Notes: a model not told the origin generated them from the sequence alone. A stretch of 64,000 nucleotides of DNA from Hyaloraphidium curvatum SAG 235-1 (GCA_025558095.1 JAIVFI010000007.1:558001-622000); one strand, 5' to 3'; numbered from the stretch's first letter, positions 24,552-37,287 are shown. Numbers and translations are program-made.

Positions 24552-26123
24552 ATGATGCTCCCTGCCGTTCCGCACTACATCGGCGGCCGCGAGGTCCCTC
24601 CCGCCGCGTCGTCGCGCTATGCCGACGTGTTCGACCCGGCGCGGGGCGTCGCGACGAAGCGCGTCCCGCTGGCCGACGCGCTGACGGTTGACGCGGCCGT
24701 CAAGGCCGCCGCCGCCGCGTTCCCCGCGTGGGCCGCGCAGCCGCCTCTCCGCCGCGCCCGTGTCATGTTCAAGTTCAAGGAGCTTGTGGAAACGCGTGCG
24801 GAACAGCTGGCCGCGGCGATCACGGCCGAGCATGGAAAGACTCTGTCAGACGCGTTGGGAGAGGTCACCCGCGGCCTGGAGGTCGTCGAGTTCGCGTGCG
24901 GAATCCCGCAGCTGCTCAAGGGCGAGCGGACGGACGAGGTCGGACCCGGGATCGACGCGTGGACGGTGCGCGAGCCGCTGGGCGTGGCGGCGGTCATCTC
25001 GCCGTTCAACTTCCCGTGCATGGTGCCACTGTGGTTCGTGCCGGTCGCCCTGGCGTGCGGAAACACGGTGGTTCTCAAGCCCTCGGAGCGGGACCCCTCG
25101 GCCTCCCTCCTGCTCGCAGCCATGTTGAAAGAGGCCGGGCTTCCCGACGGCTGTTTCAACGTGGTCCACGGCGACGCAGCGGCGGTCGACGCCCTGATCG
25201 CCCACCCCTCCGTCGCCGCCGTTAGCTTCGTCGGCTCGACCCCCGTCGCTCGGCACGTGCATGAGGCCGCCTCCCGCGCGGGCAAGCGCGCGCAGTGCCT
25301 CGGCGGCGCAAAGAACCACCTCGTGGTGATGCCCGACGCGGACCTCGAGGCTACCGCGGACGCGCTGATCGGCGCAGCGTACGGGTCGGCGGGGGAGCGG
25401 TGCATGGCGGTCAGCGTGGCTGTGGCCGTCGGCTCCGTGGCGGACAGGCTGGTGGCGATGCTCGCGGAGCGCGCAAAGGGGGTGAAGGTGCGCGACGGAC
25501 GCGATCTCAAGGCGGATATGGGGCCGCTGGTCACGGGGCAGCACCTGGCCAAGGTCCGGGGATACGTGGACAAGGGCGTTGCCGAGGGCGCGCAGCTCGT
25601 CGTGGACGGGCGGGGCCTCACCGTCGCCGGGAACGAGGGAGGATTCTTCCTTGGCCCGTGCCTCTTCGACCGCGTGACGCCCGGCATGACCATCTGGAAG
25701 GAGGAGATCTTCGGCCCCGTTCTGTCGATCGTGCGCGCCCCGGACTTTGAAGCGGCGCTTGCCGTGGTGAATTCGCACGAGTACGGCAATGGAGCCTGCA
25801 TCTTCACCCGCGACGGCGACGCCGCGCGCGAGTTCACCCGCCGCGCGCACGCCGGAATGATCGGGGTGAATGTGCCGATCCCTGTTCCGGTGCGTGTCGC
25901 GCGTCTCGTCGCCCGCTTTGGCTGACAGCTCCGGCAGCTCGCCTTCCACAGCTTCGGCGGCTGGAAGCGCTCGAACTTCGCCGACCACCACGCGCACGGG
26001 CCCGAGGGCGTCAGGTTCTTCACCCGCATGAAGGCCGTCACGCAGCGGTTCCCGCCCGGGGTGCGGACGGCTTCGGCGTCGGAGAAGGGGCCGGAGTTTG
26101 CGATGCCGACGATGAAGCTGTGA
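24552..26123 (+). CDS. mmsA: CoA-acylating methylmalonate/malonate-semialdehyde dehydrogenase, bacterial type
   Basis: [45 protein letters not shown]; intron 25890-25937; C-terminal SFGGWKRS...GPEGVRFFT. Confidence 0.92.
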
Positions 26124-26221
26124 GGGTGCAGGGTGGTGGACGGGTATTTTCCATTGTGTGGCGGTGTACATCTCGGGCAAAAAGGGTATGGAGCGCGTTG
26201 ACCCGTGAGCGGGGCTGCACG

Positions 26222-27542
26222 TCAGCCGGCCTTGGCGGCCAGGTCCGTGGCGATGGAAAAGGCACCGATCAGCGCGCCGAGCTGGATCTTTTCCGTGCAG
26301 CCCGTGTTGAGCCGGTGCCTGGTCACGGAGAGAGGTCAGGTCCGTTGTGCGCCGCGCGGTCGGGCCACCCACTCGATCTCGGCCATGCGGTCCAGCACGA
26401 ACACGCGGCAGTTGGGCGGCATCTCGAGGCCGTGGACAAACTCGTGGACCTCGGTGAGGATGTCGGCGAGTGCGTAGCCGCGCTCGACCTTGAGGTTCTG
26501 GATCCCTGCAACGCGGGCTGAGCCAGGAAGGAGGGCCACCCGTCCGGGGAAACCCACGGGAATAAGCGAGGCTGATCTCGTCGCCCATCATCCACTCGAT
26601 GATCCTCTGGATGTCCTCCGGCAGCGGGTTCCCCGTGCACATGTACACCTCCCTCTCCCCCACGGTCCCGTACGCCGCGTGGCACGACTGCAGCACGTTG
26701 AGCGCCCTGCGCATGTCCCCCTGCGACAGCTTGAGCACCGCCTGCAGGCCCTCGGGGGTGATCTTGGTCCCCTCCTTCTCGAGGATGTGGTCCAGCCGGC
26801 TGCGGACCTGCTCCGCGCCCAGGGGGGCGAACCGGAACCGCGTGCACCGCGACTGCAGCGCGGGGATGATCTTGGAAGCGTAGTTGCACACGAGGCAGAA
26901 GCGCACGTTGGACGTGTACCGCTCGATCACCCTGCGCAGGGCGGCCTGCGCGGGCTGGGTCATGTTGTCGGCCTCGTCGAGGATGATGAGCTTGAACCCG
27001 GAGGAGAACATGGTGCGCGTCGAGGCGAAGGACTTGATCTGCTCGCGGACCACGTCGATGCCGCGGTCGTCCGACGCGTTGAGCTCCAGGACCATGGAGC
27101 GCCACCGCGGGCCGTAGAGCTTGCGGGCGACGGCGAGGATGGTGGTGGTTTTGCCGGTGCCGGGCGGGCCGTAGAAGAGGAGGTGGGGGAGGCGGTTCTC
27201 GGCGATGAAGCGGTCGACTGGAGCGGGGTCAGGGGGCGTTGGGGGGGTGGCGGCGGCACGCACTCGTGGAAATGATGTCCGCGTGCGAGATGATCTCGTC
27301 CATCTGCGTCGGGCGGTATTTTTCCACCCTGGGAACCGGAAGGGGGTGCGGGACGCGGGTATCAGCGCGGTTCCTTGGGCAGGGGGGGCCACGCACCAGG
27401 GCAGGTTCTCTGCGGTGGCGCCGCGCTTTTCGGGCGCGTCCTCCTTTTCCTTGCCCTTGAGCTTGGCGCCGCCGGGCCGCAGCGGCGACGGCGGCCTGTT
27501 ATCGGCATCGCTCATCTCGGCGTCGGGCGAATCGCCCATCAT
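26222..27542 (-). CDS. RFC3: replication factor C small subunit (yeast Rfc3 / human RFC5)
   Basis: LPW|VEKYRP, LPHLLFYGPPGTGKT, ELNASDDRGIDVVREQIK, IILDEAD, ALQSRCTRFRF; four introns. Confidence 0.93.
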
Positions 27543-28006
27543 GGCGGCGCGGCGCCCCGCGGGAACGGCGGTCCGCGGGTGTGGAGAGGGGAAACGCGCG
27601 GCGGCGGCGCTACGACGCGTGCGCCGGTGGTGGAGTGGGCGGGGAGGCGGTGAAGCGAGGCAGCAAGAGTGTCTGCCGCGCGAGACCTCATCCACCCATC
27701 CAACTTACTTCCGTTCCATAAGACCACAACGGAAACAACACTCTGGGCATTCGAATGAGTTCCTTGCATCGAAATCCGCTTGAACGGAGCTGGCTCGGGC
27801 GCCTGCGCTTTCGCTCGATCGATCTGCTCCCGCACTACGCCGCTTCCAACCTGGCAAGGCCAGCTGGTCCATCCGTCAGCTCACTAGAATGCTAGGAGGC
27901 AACGATCCGATGGTATCTGGAAGCCGGGGAAGGGTGCGGTTGTGGAGCCCGAAAAGGAAGCGGAGCAAGTCAGCGCGACCCTTCAACGGCGGACGAACAC
28001 CCCAAC

Positions 28007-31000
28007 ATGCCGAGCCAATCCGGGCCCCCGGGGCCGACGCCGCCGTTGCTTGCGGGGCCGGCCGGCGCGGAGCCCGACGAGCCCGCGCGGGCGACCGCGG
28101 GGAGCGCGGGGCCGCAGTTAACCGCCCCGGCGCCTTCCCAGCCGGCCCCGTCACCGCTGGCGGCGAGCGAGCCCGAACCTGCCGAAGACGCCGACAGTGC
28201 AGCTGAGAGCGGCGACGCGGAGCTCGCGGTGCCGCCCGCCGCCGAGCCGGAAATGTCGGCCGTGAAAGTGGAGGCGACGCCGCTCTTCTGGCACGCCGCG
28301 ACGCACTCGGCGCCGCCCGCGCTCCCGCAAACTGCCGCTGCGGAGGCGCCGGCGCGCTCTTGGGACTCGCGGCAGATATCTGCGACGCACTCGGCGCCGC
28401 GCGTGGCGACCACGGAGGCGCCCGAGACGTATCTGCTGGCCTCGCCGCCCGGGACTTCTGCGCACCCAGAGACCTCGGCCACGGCTGTCCGCCGCCCGGC
28501 CACATCTCTGGTGGACTGGGTCACCTCCTTGCCGGCAAGCCCCGTCTCGGAGCCCCTGCCGCCGACCCAGACGGCTCTTCCGACGTGGACCACGGACGCC
28601 GCGTCGGCCGCCGAAACATGGACCACCGCCCCCTCCCGCCCCTCCCTGCCCCCGCCATCCTGGCTGTGGACTTCTTCTTACGCCCTGCCGACCCCCTCCG
28701 AGTGGAAGCACCGGCCGGACCACGACCCGCCGGAGGAGACCGAGACCTCGGAGCTCCCGACCCCCACGCCGACGCTGTCGGACTGGCCGTCGTCCACGAC
28801 GGAGCTGTTCACTACGTCGACCATTGGGCCGCCAGCACCGCCGTTTCCATATCCCGGAAGGTTGGTTGCGGCTCTCCTTTAGACTTCCACGTTGCTGATC
28901 CTTTTGCCGGCAGACCGGGAGGCGGCAACGACGACTACTTCTACCTGCAGGACTCGTCCGTCAAGGGCCTGTACTGGCAGATCGTCCTGGCCGCCATCTT
29001 CTGGCTGGCCATGATCGTCGTCTTCATGCTCGGCCGGCTCCTGGGCCGCTCGGGCCGGCGCATCTTCGCGACGCGGTGCGAGGTCATGCGCAAGGAGACG
29101 CCCGAGTTCTTCAAGAACCCGATCGAGTGCTTCAGGAAGGTGATACAGGTGACAGACAAGGAGATCGTGCAGAACGTCGGGTTGGACGCGATGGTGGGTC
29201 GCAACGGCGCGAGCGTTCGTTGGACGAGTGCTCACCCCAAGATGTGCGCGCCCACAGATGTTCCTGCGGTTCCTCCGCGTCTCCTTCTACACCATGGCCA
29301 TGATCGCCATGGTCGTCTTTCCCATCATCACGCCCATCAACTACTACGCCACCATCCCCGACGACGATCCCGGGCGCCCTCCCCCCTTCATCTCCGCCAT
29401 CCTCGGCCACGACGGCCTCCGCCACAACTCCACCGACCCCGGCCGCAACGAGACCGACCCGCCCGCCCCGCCGCCCCCGGGCAACTTCACGGACCCCATC
29501 TCGCGCTTCGCCTCCACGGGCCTGGTCCGCTTCACCATCGCCAACGTGCAGCCCGGCTCGCGCCTCCTCCTGGCCCACACGGTCTTCACCTACCTCGTCG
29601 CGGCCATCTTCTTCGGCTGGCTGTACGCGACCTACCGCGACTACGTGGCCGTGGAGAACGACTACATGCGGGAGGACTCGAAGCTCGGCGGCGCGCACCG
29701 CCGGCGCAACGAGCTCGTGCAGTTCCGCACGGTGATGGTGCGCGACATACCGCGCGGGCTGCGGACCGACGGCGCGCTGGAGTCGTACTTTGCCCGGCTG
29801 GGCCTGGGCGAGGTGCAGTACGCCGTCATGGACAGGCGCGTGGATCCGGACCTGGAGAGGATGATCAGGGAGCGGGAGATGGTGCTCGGCGGGCTGGAGA
29901 GGGCGTACGTCGAGTGGCACACGAGGGTGGAGGACCGGCGAAAGGGCAAAAAGTCCTTCTGGGAGGCGGTCCGCGAGGCGTGGGACGAGGCGTGGAGGCC
30001 GCACGCCGCATCGGCCAACGGCGCCGGGCACCCGGGTTCGCCGGCGGGGCAGCACCACCACGAGGGCTCCGATTCGGAGGGCAGCGCGTCGGACGAGGGG
30101 GAGAGCGCGCCGCTGACGGGCAAGTCCCGCCCCGACGCGCCCGAGGCGCTGCGGCCGCGGCACTTTGTCGGGCGGCGGTTCGGCTTCTTCGGCGGGCGCG
30201 AGGTCGACTCGATCGACTTTTACACGGGCCGCTTCGCCTTCCTCAACGCCGAGATCGAGCGCAAGCGCAAGCTCGCCCTCTCCCCCGAGTCGGTGCAGTA
30301 CAACTCGTCGGGCTTCGTCACCTTCCGCACCCAGCGGAGCGCCACCATCGCCAGCCAGGTGCTCCTGCGCTCCTCCACCAACCCCTTCACCATCACCACC
30401 AACCTCGCCCCGCACCCGCACGACGTGGTCTGGTCTGCGCTCAACCTGAGCATGCACCAGAAGGTCGTGCAGCAGTTCTGCGTGACCGTGCTTATCCTCG
30501 CCATCACCTTCTTCTGGGGTATCCCCATCGGCTTCATCTCCACCTTCACCTCGCTGTCGTCGCTCTCCAAAGTGCCCTTCCTCAAGCCCGTGCTGGACGA
30601 GATCCTCAAGATCGAGTGGCTCAACATCATCCTGCAGACCCTGCTGCCGCCGCTCCTGTTCCGCGTCTTTCTGGCGCTCGTGCCCACCATCATCCAGTAC
30701 ATCATCGACTTTGAGGGCATCGAGGCCCGCTCGTGGAGGGAGCTCGCCGTGTTCGACCGCTTCTACACCTTCCTCCTCTTCAACGTGCTCTTTGTCTTTG
30801 TGCTCTCCAACGCCGTCTACAACTTCATCGGCGGCCTCTTCGACAACCCCATCTCGGTCATCAAGCTCCTCGGCACCGTGCTGCCCAAGGGCGCCTCCTT
30901 CTTCACCAACTACGCCGTCTACACCTCGTCCTACTTTGCCTGGGAGCTGGGCCGCCCCATGGTCATCATGCTCTACGCCTGGCGCCGCCGCAACTGCCGC

Positions 31001-32318
31001 ACCCCGCGCGAGTTCTTCCAGCTCAACCGCGAGACGGCCTACATCGACTACGGCGTCTACTACCCCTACCACCTCAACATGCTCGTCATCTGCATCGTGT
31101 ACTCGGTGCAGGCGCCCATCATCCTGCTCGCGGGCATGTTCTACTTTGGTTTCGGTTACCTGGTTTACAAGCACCAGCTCGTCTACGTCTACGTCAAGGA
31201 GTGGGAGAACCACGGGCGGCACTGGCCGCTGGTGTTCAACCGAACCGTGCTCGGGCTCATCATCTTCCAGCTCGTCATGATCGGGCTGCTGGCCGTGAAG
31301 CAGGGTGCGTCGTTTTGCTTGTCGTTGCTGGAAACGAGTTTGCTTACCGACTGGTTTCGCAGCCCCGCTCTACGCCACGGCGATCGTGCCGCTGCTCCTA
31401 GTCACCATCCTCTTCTACACGTACTGCAACCGTGCCTTTGCCAAGCGCACCGAGTTCGTGCCCCTGGACCAGCTGCGGAGGGAAGGCCCGCCCAACCCCG
31501 CGCCTCCGCCCGGGACCGCCGCCGCCGCGGCCGCGCCCGAGCCGGCGGTCTCGGCAGAGGACATCGGCGCGATCGAGGTGTACGAGGAGGCCACGGCGGC
31601 CGCCATGGGCGACGCGTCGCCGGCGACCGCCGGCCCGTCGCCCGCGACGCCGGGCGTCGTCGAGACGGTGATCATCCTCCCGGGCTCGGACGCGGCACCG
31701 GACCAACGGCGCGTGCAGATCCGGGGAGCAGGAACGCGGGGGCGCATACGAGCCTTCACGGGGGACGGCGCCGACATCGGCATGGCCCGGCACCGGCTGT
31801 ACATCAACCCGGCGTTTTCCTCGGACCTGCCGCAGCCGTGGCTGCCCGTGGCCGTGGTTTCGGCGCTGCCGGCCTCGGATCCGCTCAGCTTGTTTGCGCC
31901 GCTGTACGAGGATCTGGCGCCCGAGGCGCGGCGCGCCGCGGGGGGTCGGACGATCGGCGGCGTGCCCGTGGGTGCCGGCGATGCGCTCGAGAGGATGCTG
32001 GGGAGCGCGAGGGAGCTGGAGGAGCTCGGTGCGGCGGAGGAGAGCGAGGAGCTTGCGGCGCACGCGACGGAGGAGCTGGAGGGGGACGAGCAGGACGAGG
32101 AAGGGGACGACGGCCGGCTGGGCCCAGCGAGCCTGGGGCAGGCGTTCGTGTCGCGGCTGAGCGGCGACGCGTCGAGGCGGGCGTCGGCAGCAAATTCGGG
32201 CGCCGTGTCGCCGCGCATCATGCCGTCGCCGGATCCGTTCGGCAACGCGTGGGACGCGGAAGGGGAGGTCAGGCCGCTGAGGGCCAGCGCGGACGGGGAC
32301 GGCGGGAGCCCCGTGTAG
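28007..32318 (+). CDS. CSC1/OSCA/TMEM63 family stress-gated cation channel with long Pro/Thr/Ser-rich N-terminal extension
   Basis: VGLDAM-FLRFL, RTVMVRDIP, GFVTF, APHPHDVVW, YKHQLVYVY..E..GRHWP; introns ~28861-28912, 29194-29258, 31305-31362. Confidence 0.9.
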
Positions 32319-32403
32319 GCGGGGGCGTTGGTAATGCAGACTGTCGCAGCATGTGCTTGATTGTTTAGATTGCAGATTGCTTCGCTCGCAAGACCTTTGC
32401 CTT

Positions 32404-33290
32404 TCATTGCGGCTTCACGCCTATGATTACGGGCTGATAGTAGCCTCCGTCGCCTTCCATCCTCTTTACCCCCACGAACCCAGCTTCCGCCATCAGCTTG
32501 ATCAGCCTATCCACCGAAATCATCCTGTACCGCGCCCTGATCACCCTCACGGGAGGCCTCGCGGTCTTGTCGTCTTCTGCAAACCACATCGCAACGTCGT
32601 ACACGTCCGGCTGGTTTGGGTCGTCGAACGACCATGTCTGGAACGCCGCGATCCGCTTTCCGTTGCGCTCCCGGTACCCGTAAGGCCGGAGCTGTAGCTT
32701 GTCCCGCGACTCGTTGTCATAGTCCCGGACGGTGATGCAGCAGCCGCCGCCGGGTGCGAGGCAGGAAAGGAACGACTTGAACGCCAGCAGAATATCGTCG
32801 TCGCTCGTTAGGTGGGGCACGCAGTTGTCCGCGGACAGGAGCACGCGGAACGGGGCGTCCGAGAACGAAGCGGGATCGAGGAACCGCATGTCAACCCCTC
32901 CCCTGAGCTCGTGGGCCTTGAGCCCGCGCTTCTCGAGCTCCGACGCGCATCGTCGTACGGCGCCCTCGCTCAAATCGGTTCCCGTGGCCCTGTAGCCGAG
33001 CTTCAGCAGCCCTATGAGCTGCGTCCCGATTCCGGTGCCGATTTCGAGCAGGTGCGTCTCCCGGGGCTCTGTGATGCCGAACTCCTGCCGGAAGAGGGAG
33101 TCGAAGATGGTGGCCTGTCGTGCGATGGTCTCCTCCCAGTTTGCGAAGATTGTGTCGTCTAGAAGTCGAGCGGGTGGTGAGCGGTTGCGGACAGGAATGT
33201 CGGCAAGTGAAACCTACAGAGCGGCGCCAGCTCATCGTAGAACGACGCGGTCTCGTCGGCTGCTTCCCGTGATTGCGCTTCGTTCGCCAT
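32404..33290 (-). CDS. class I SAM-dependent methyltransferase, paralog 2
   Basis: FYDELAPL|YDTIFANW, LLEIGTGIGTQ, GTDLSEGA, SADNCVPHL; clearly homologous to 8458-9420. Confidence 0.85.
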
Positions 33291-33349
33291 TGCGACGATT
33301 CCCTGGGATTCGAGATTGAATGTGGGAGACGCGACTGCTCCACAAGTTT

Positions 33350-34355
33350 ATAGCGCTCGAAGCCTCCAGCGAAACATATTGACTGCTGAAGACCTCAGAA
33401 AGCACCTTTCGGCGATTCCAAGATCTTTCGCGAGCTTCCAACACTGGGAGCCCGACTTGTCTGCTCTTCTGATGGCGACCATGCCCCGCCTTGAGAGCTC
33501 GAGATGGACAATCCCAGGCTGTCGACTTTCCGGGCCGTCTGGCGGGCCTTTGCCGAAGTCGGGGCGCCGAACCTCATCGAGCTGGACATGACAAGGTCCT
33601 CACTCATGAGCAAGACGGTTTTCTTTGACGGTTCGCACGATCTTCCGAGCTCGTTGAGGAGGGTCTACGTGAGCATGCAGACGGACTACGACGAGATCGA
33701 CGCCGTCTTGAATGCATGACGGATCTAATACGCGCTAGCCACTACAATAAATTAGGCCGCGTCGGCGGCCGTCTTGAAGATGATCGAGGATCTCCCGCAA
33801 CTCGAGGAGGTCGATCTGGGCCTCGACTACTGCCCCAGCGTCGACCTGACCGACTTCCCCCGGATCGCCTCGAAGCTGCGCTTCGCCTGCCTCGACATGC
33901 CCTCCGTGCGGCAGCTGGCAGCAATCCCCGGAGCCCACGTACAGGAGCTATACGTCGTCACGGAAGAGACGCCGCTCGCCTTCCCGGACGACCTGCCCGT
34001 GATAGCGAGTCTGCGGGGGCTTACCTCTCTCACGGTCATGTTCCTCGAGACGCCCCAGGTGGCCTCTGTGCTGCGGCACCTGCCGAATCTGAAGACGTTG
34101 AGCCTGCCGAACGTGCGGTTCGGGCTCGCCCGGGCGCAAAAAGCCGAGGCGCGGGCGGCGGTCGAGGCATCCTCCGTGGAGCATATCGAGATTGCGTTCT
34201 TTCGGCTTTCGGGGGATTCACCCAAGACGCATGAAATGAGGTTCTGGAGAAGCATTCCTCGCGTCCATTGGGTCGACTACGACAGGGACATGCCGATCCC
34301 GTGGGCCTCGACTGGTTGCCCGACACGTTGGCGGCTTGCTGACCCAAACGTCTAG
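33350..34355 (+). pseudogene. degenerate LRR-like (F-box/LRR-type) gene
   Basis: LxxLxL repeats (LPQLEEVDL, LRGLTSLTV, LPNLKTLSL); frameshift near 33498; stop-containing 42-nt segment 33714-33755 with GC..AG ends. Confidence 0.5.
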
Positions 34356-35778
34356 CGCGTTGGCATAGTTTTGGTTGTCTTTTGTGGTTCAGGGGGGATT
34401 CTTGGCCCGCTGCCCCCCAAATTCATCGCCATGGCACTGCGAGAGCTAGGGATTGCAATGTGCGGGCCGTGGTGTTCGTGACAGGTGGCCGGCGGGAAAC
34501 GCGGATGGGGGCGGGCGGGATTGTCTTGCCGCACTGCTGTGCAACCCGAGCCGTGGCAAGGACCGGACTTGGGCCCTGCGGCTTCCGGCCTGCCTCGGAA
34601 CGGGAGTTCGGGTGCGCAGAATCGGGCATTCGGGTTCGGTGCGGCAAGGCGCGCGCATATTCATTTGCCACGGTTATATCGACGGTTGCCGTTGCGTTAT
34701 CCTTCGAACGCGGACCCTTGCGGATCGGGGTCCTTTGGAATGGACCTAACCGGTATGCTGGCGGATGCGTCGGCCGAGGTGGTGGCGCACCGATCGGCGA
34801 TTGGTCAGTGGAGATCGTCCGCGGATGCCCGGCCCGGCACAGCCGAGCGGACCCCGACGGCCGGGCGGCGGCACTGCAAACCAGGCTGCCTGGCCGCGGG
34901 GGCTTCCCTCCACGCACCCCTCGTTCTGACCCGCCTAATGGCCGACGAAGAGCGCCGTAGGAGGCTCCGAAGTCTACGGTGGTTTCGTCGTCGTCGGAGC
35001 GTCGGCAAGTCGGGCACCGCATCGGCCGGCCGTATAGACAAACAGGGATCCGCATCCGTGCACGCCCGGCGCCCCCGATCCGCGGCCGAAACCGTGCCGC
35101 AACGACGGATAGGGTCCCCAATGTCCGCTTGCAAGCTGCCGCGGCGCTCCCGCGGGATCTTGGGTTCAATGACTCCGAGCCTAAGCGCCTTCCGAGTTCT
35201 CCCGTGCGGTGCCCTGTCCCAAGATCATCGGCCGAAGAAGAGTCCCCTCACTCACCACACACCACTTCTCCCCGCTCGCCTCCGCCGGTGAGCGCGGCGT
35301 GCCTTTGCGGCGTGCGCCGTTGACGCGTCCATTCCATTCGGGCGGCGGCCGCGGCAGTTGCGGGCGCCGAATGCAGGCCGCGGCGGTTCGGGCAAACGGA
35401 GTCGCCTGAGGAGAACGCGGAGCGTCGAGAGCGCGGGACGCGGCGGAGTTTGAGGCGTTGCGGAGTGCGAAGCGTTGCGGCCGAGGAGACCACGCGCCGA
35501 GGAGTTGTTGGTCGGAAGCCCCGAGGAGGTGAGGGCTCGGGCACCACCCGGCGACGCTCCCCCCGGCCGCCGCCCGCGGCCGCGCTCGGCGGGCCGGCAT
35601 TTTCGGCCGAGTCTGCTCGCCTGCGCGTGGCGGCGGACGGCCACGGGGCCCCGGGAGCGGCCGCCGGTCTTGCCACCGGAGCGGAGCCCGCTGACTCTTC
35701 CCCGCCCCAGCGCAGTTTTATCTATTTCCCCTGAGTCTGTTTCTCTGTGTCTCTTTAGCCTAGTTCCAGCAGCCAACC

Positions 35779-37044
35779 ATGGACGACCTCGCGCTCCACC
35801 TCGACGGGATGGGCCTGAACGGGTCGGCCGACGACGTTGGGGTGACTTGCTACAGTGGGCCCGCCTTGCCGCCCGACCCGGCCCCGCTGACTTTCGTCTC
35901 CCAGGGTGCGGTGAGCAGGGCCACGTAGCGCAGAACTGCAACCAGCCCATGGCGCTGTGTTTCAAGTGGGTGCGGTCGTCCGGTTTCCGCGGCCCTGGCC
36001 AACCGTTGGTCTTGCCCGCAGCTGCAAGAAAGCCGGCCACGTGTCCAAGGACTGCCCCGAGCCGCATCCTCCCGTGATCTGCTACCGCTGCAACGAGGAG
36101 GGCCACATGTCGCGCGAGGTATGTGCCCAGCTGCGTCCCTTGGTCCCTGGCTAACGGCAACTCGCCTCCAGTGCCCTCAGATCCGTGTGCCGACGTGCTA
36201 CAAGTGCGGCCAGGAGGGCCACGTGGCCAAGGACTGCCCCGCTGCCCAGGTCAACGGAGGCGGCGCGGGCACGGCCAACCTGACCTGCTACTCGTGCGGC
36301 AAGGTGCGCTTCTCACGGACACGACCACAATGTGCCCGATTCGCTGACCCTCGCGATTCCTCAGACCGGCCACGTGCAGCGCAACTGCCCCGCGGCTCCC
36401 CCAGCGCCCTCGGGCCCCGCCGCGCGTTCTCGCATCGTCTGCAACCGCTGCCTGAAGCTCGGCCACACCTCGCGCAACTGCATGGAGCCCCTCCCCCGTA
36501 CCGGCGCCCCCGTCCGTGCTCCCTTCCCCAACGGCGGACCCGCGAGGCCTCCGGCCCTCGCGAGGCCGCCGCCCTTCCTCCCGCCCGCCGTCAACGGCCG
36601 TCCCTCCCCCAACGGCCCGCCTGCCGGGATCGCCAACGCCAACGTGCGCTGCTACGTGTGCCAGGGCTATGGCCACCTCCAGAGGTACTTTCTTTGCGCC
36701 AGTTCCGCCTGTTGTGCCCCTCTGACGTTTCCGCGCCAGGTCGTGCCCCTCGAAGGCCACGCTCGGCGTTCCCGCGGGCCCGGGCGACGGCGGCGTCAAC
36801 TGCTACTACTGCGGCCAGCCCGGGCACGTGCAGAAGAACTGCCCGGCGGCGCAGAGCGAGAGCAAGTGCTTCCAGTGCGGCGAGTCGGTGCGTTCGCGCG
36901 CGTTCCTTCTGCGACCAAAGGGCAATCGCTTATGCGCCGCTTCCCCAGGGTCACATCTCGGCCAACTGCAACAAGCTCGAGTGCTTCCAGTGCGGCGGCC
37001 CGCACTTTGCCCGCGCGTGCCCGGAGCGTGAGGCGCGGATGTAG
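35779..37044 (+). CDS. CNBP/Gis2/Byr3-like multi CCHC zinc-knuckle RNA-binding protein
   Basis: After splicing six short introns, ten CX2CX4HX4C-type knuckles (the last one shortened). Confidence 0.88.
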
Positions 37045-37287
37045 GCCCCGCGATCGCGCGACTCTTTGACCAGGTCGGACAAAAAAGCAAGCAAGCAAGT
37101 CAAGTGTGTCTTGTAAGAGTGTGTGCGTGTGTGGGTGGCGGAGGATGGATCGCTCTGGGGTGGGGATTATGGATATGTGACTAGGCCGCGGTGGAGGACG
37201 CTCGAACCCCGGGTGCCGGAGCTTGTCGCGGAGGCGTGCGAATAGACGGTAGAAGCGCGCTATCTCTTCGGTTCCTGCCACGACCGG

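Noticed and set aside
24846-27695. 949-aa minus-strand ORF
   Set aside because: Read-through of RFC3 exons and introns into the antisense of mmsA; a GC-rich shadow, not a fusion protein
34710-34735. Small hairpin ggaccc...ggggtcc in intergenic DNA as a possible ncRNA
   Set aside because: Short GC-rich stem expected by chance; no tRNA or snoRNA box features
37085-37136. (aagc)n and (gt)n-like short repeats downstream of the zinc-knuckle gene
   Set aside because: Ordinary degenerate microsatellites in a 3' UTR; not a CRISPR-like array
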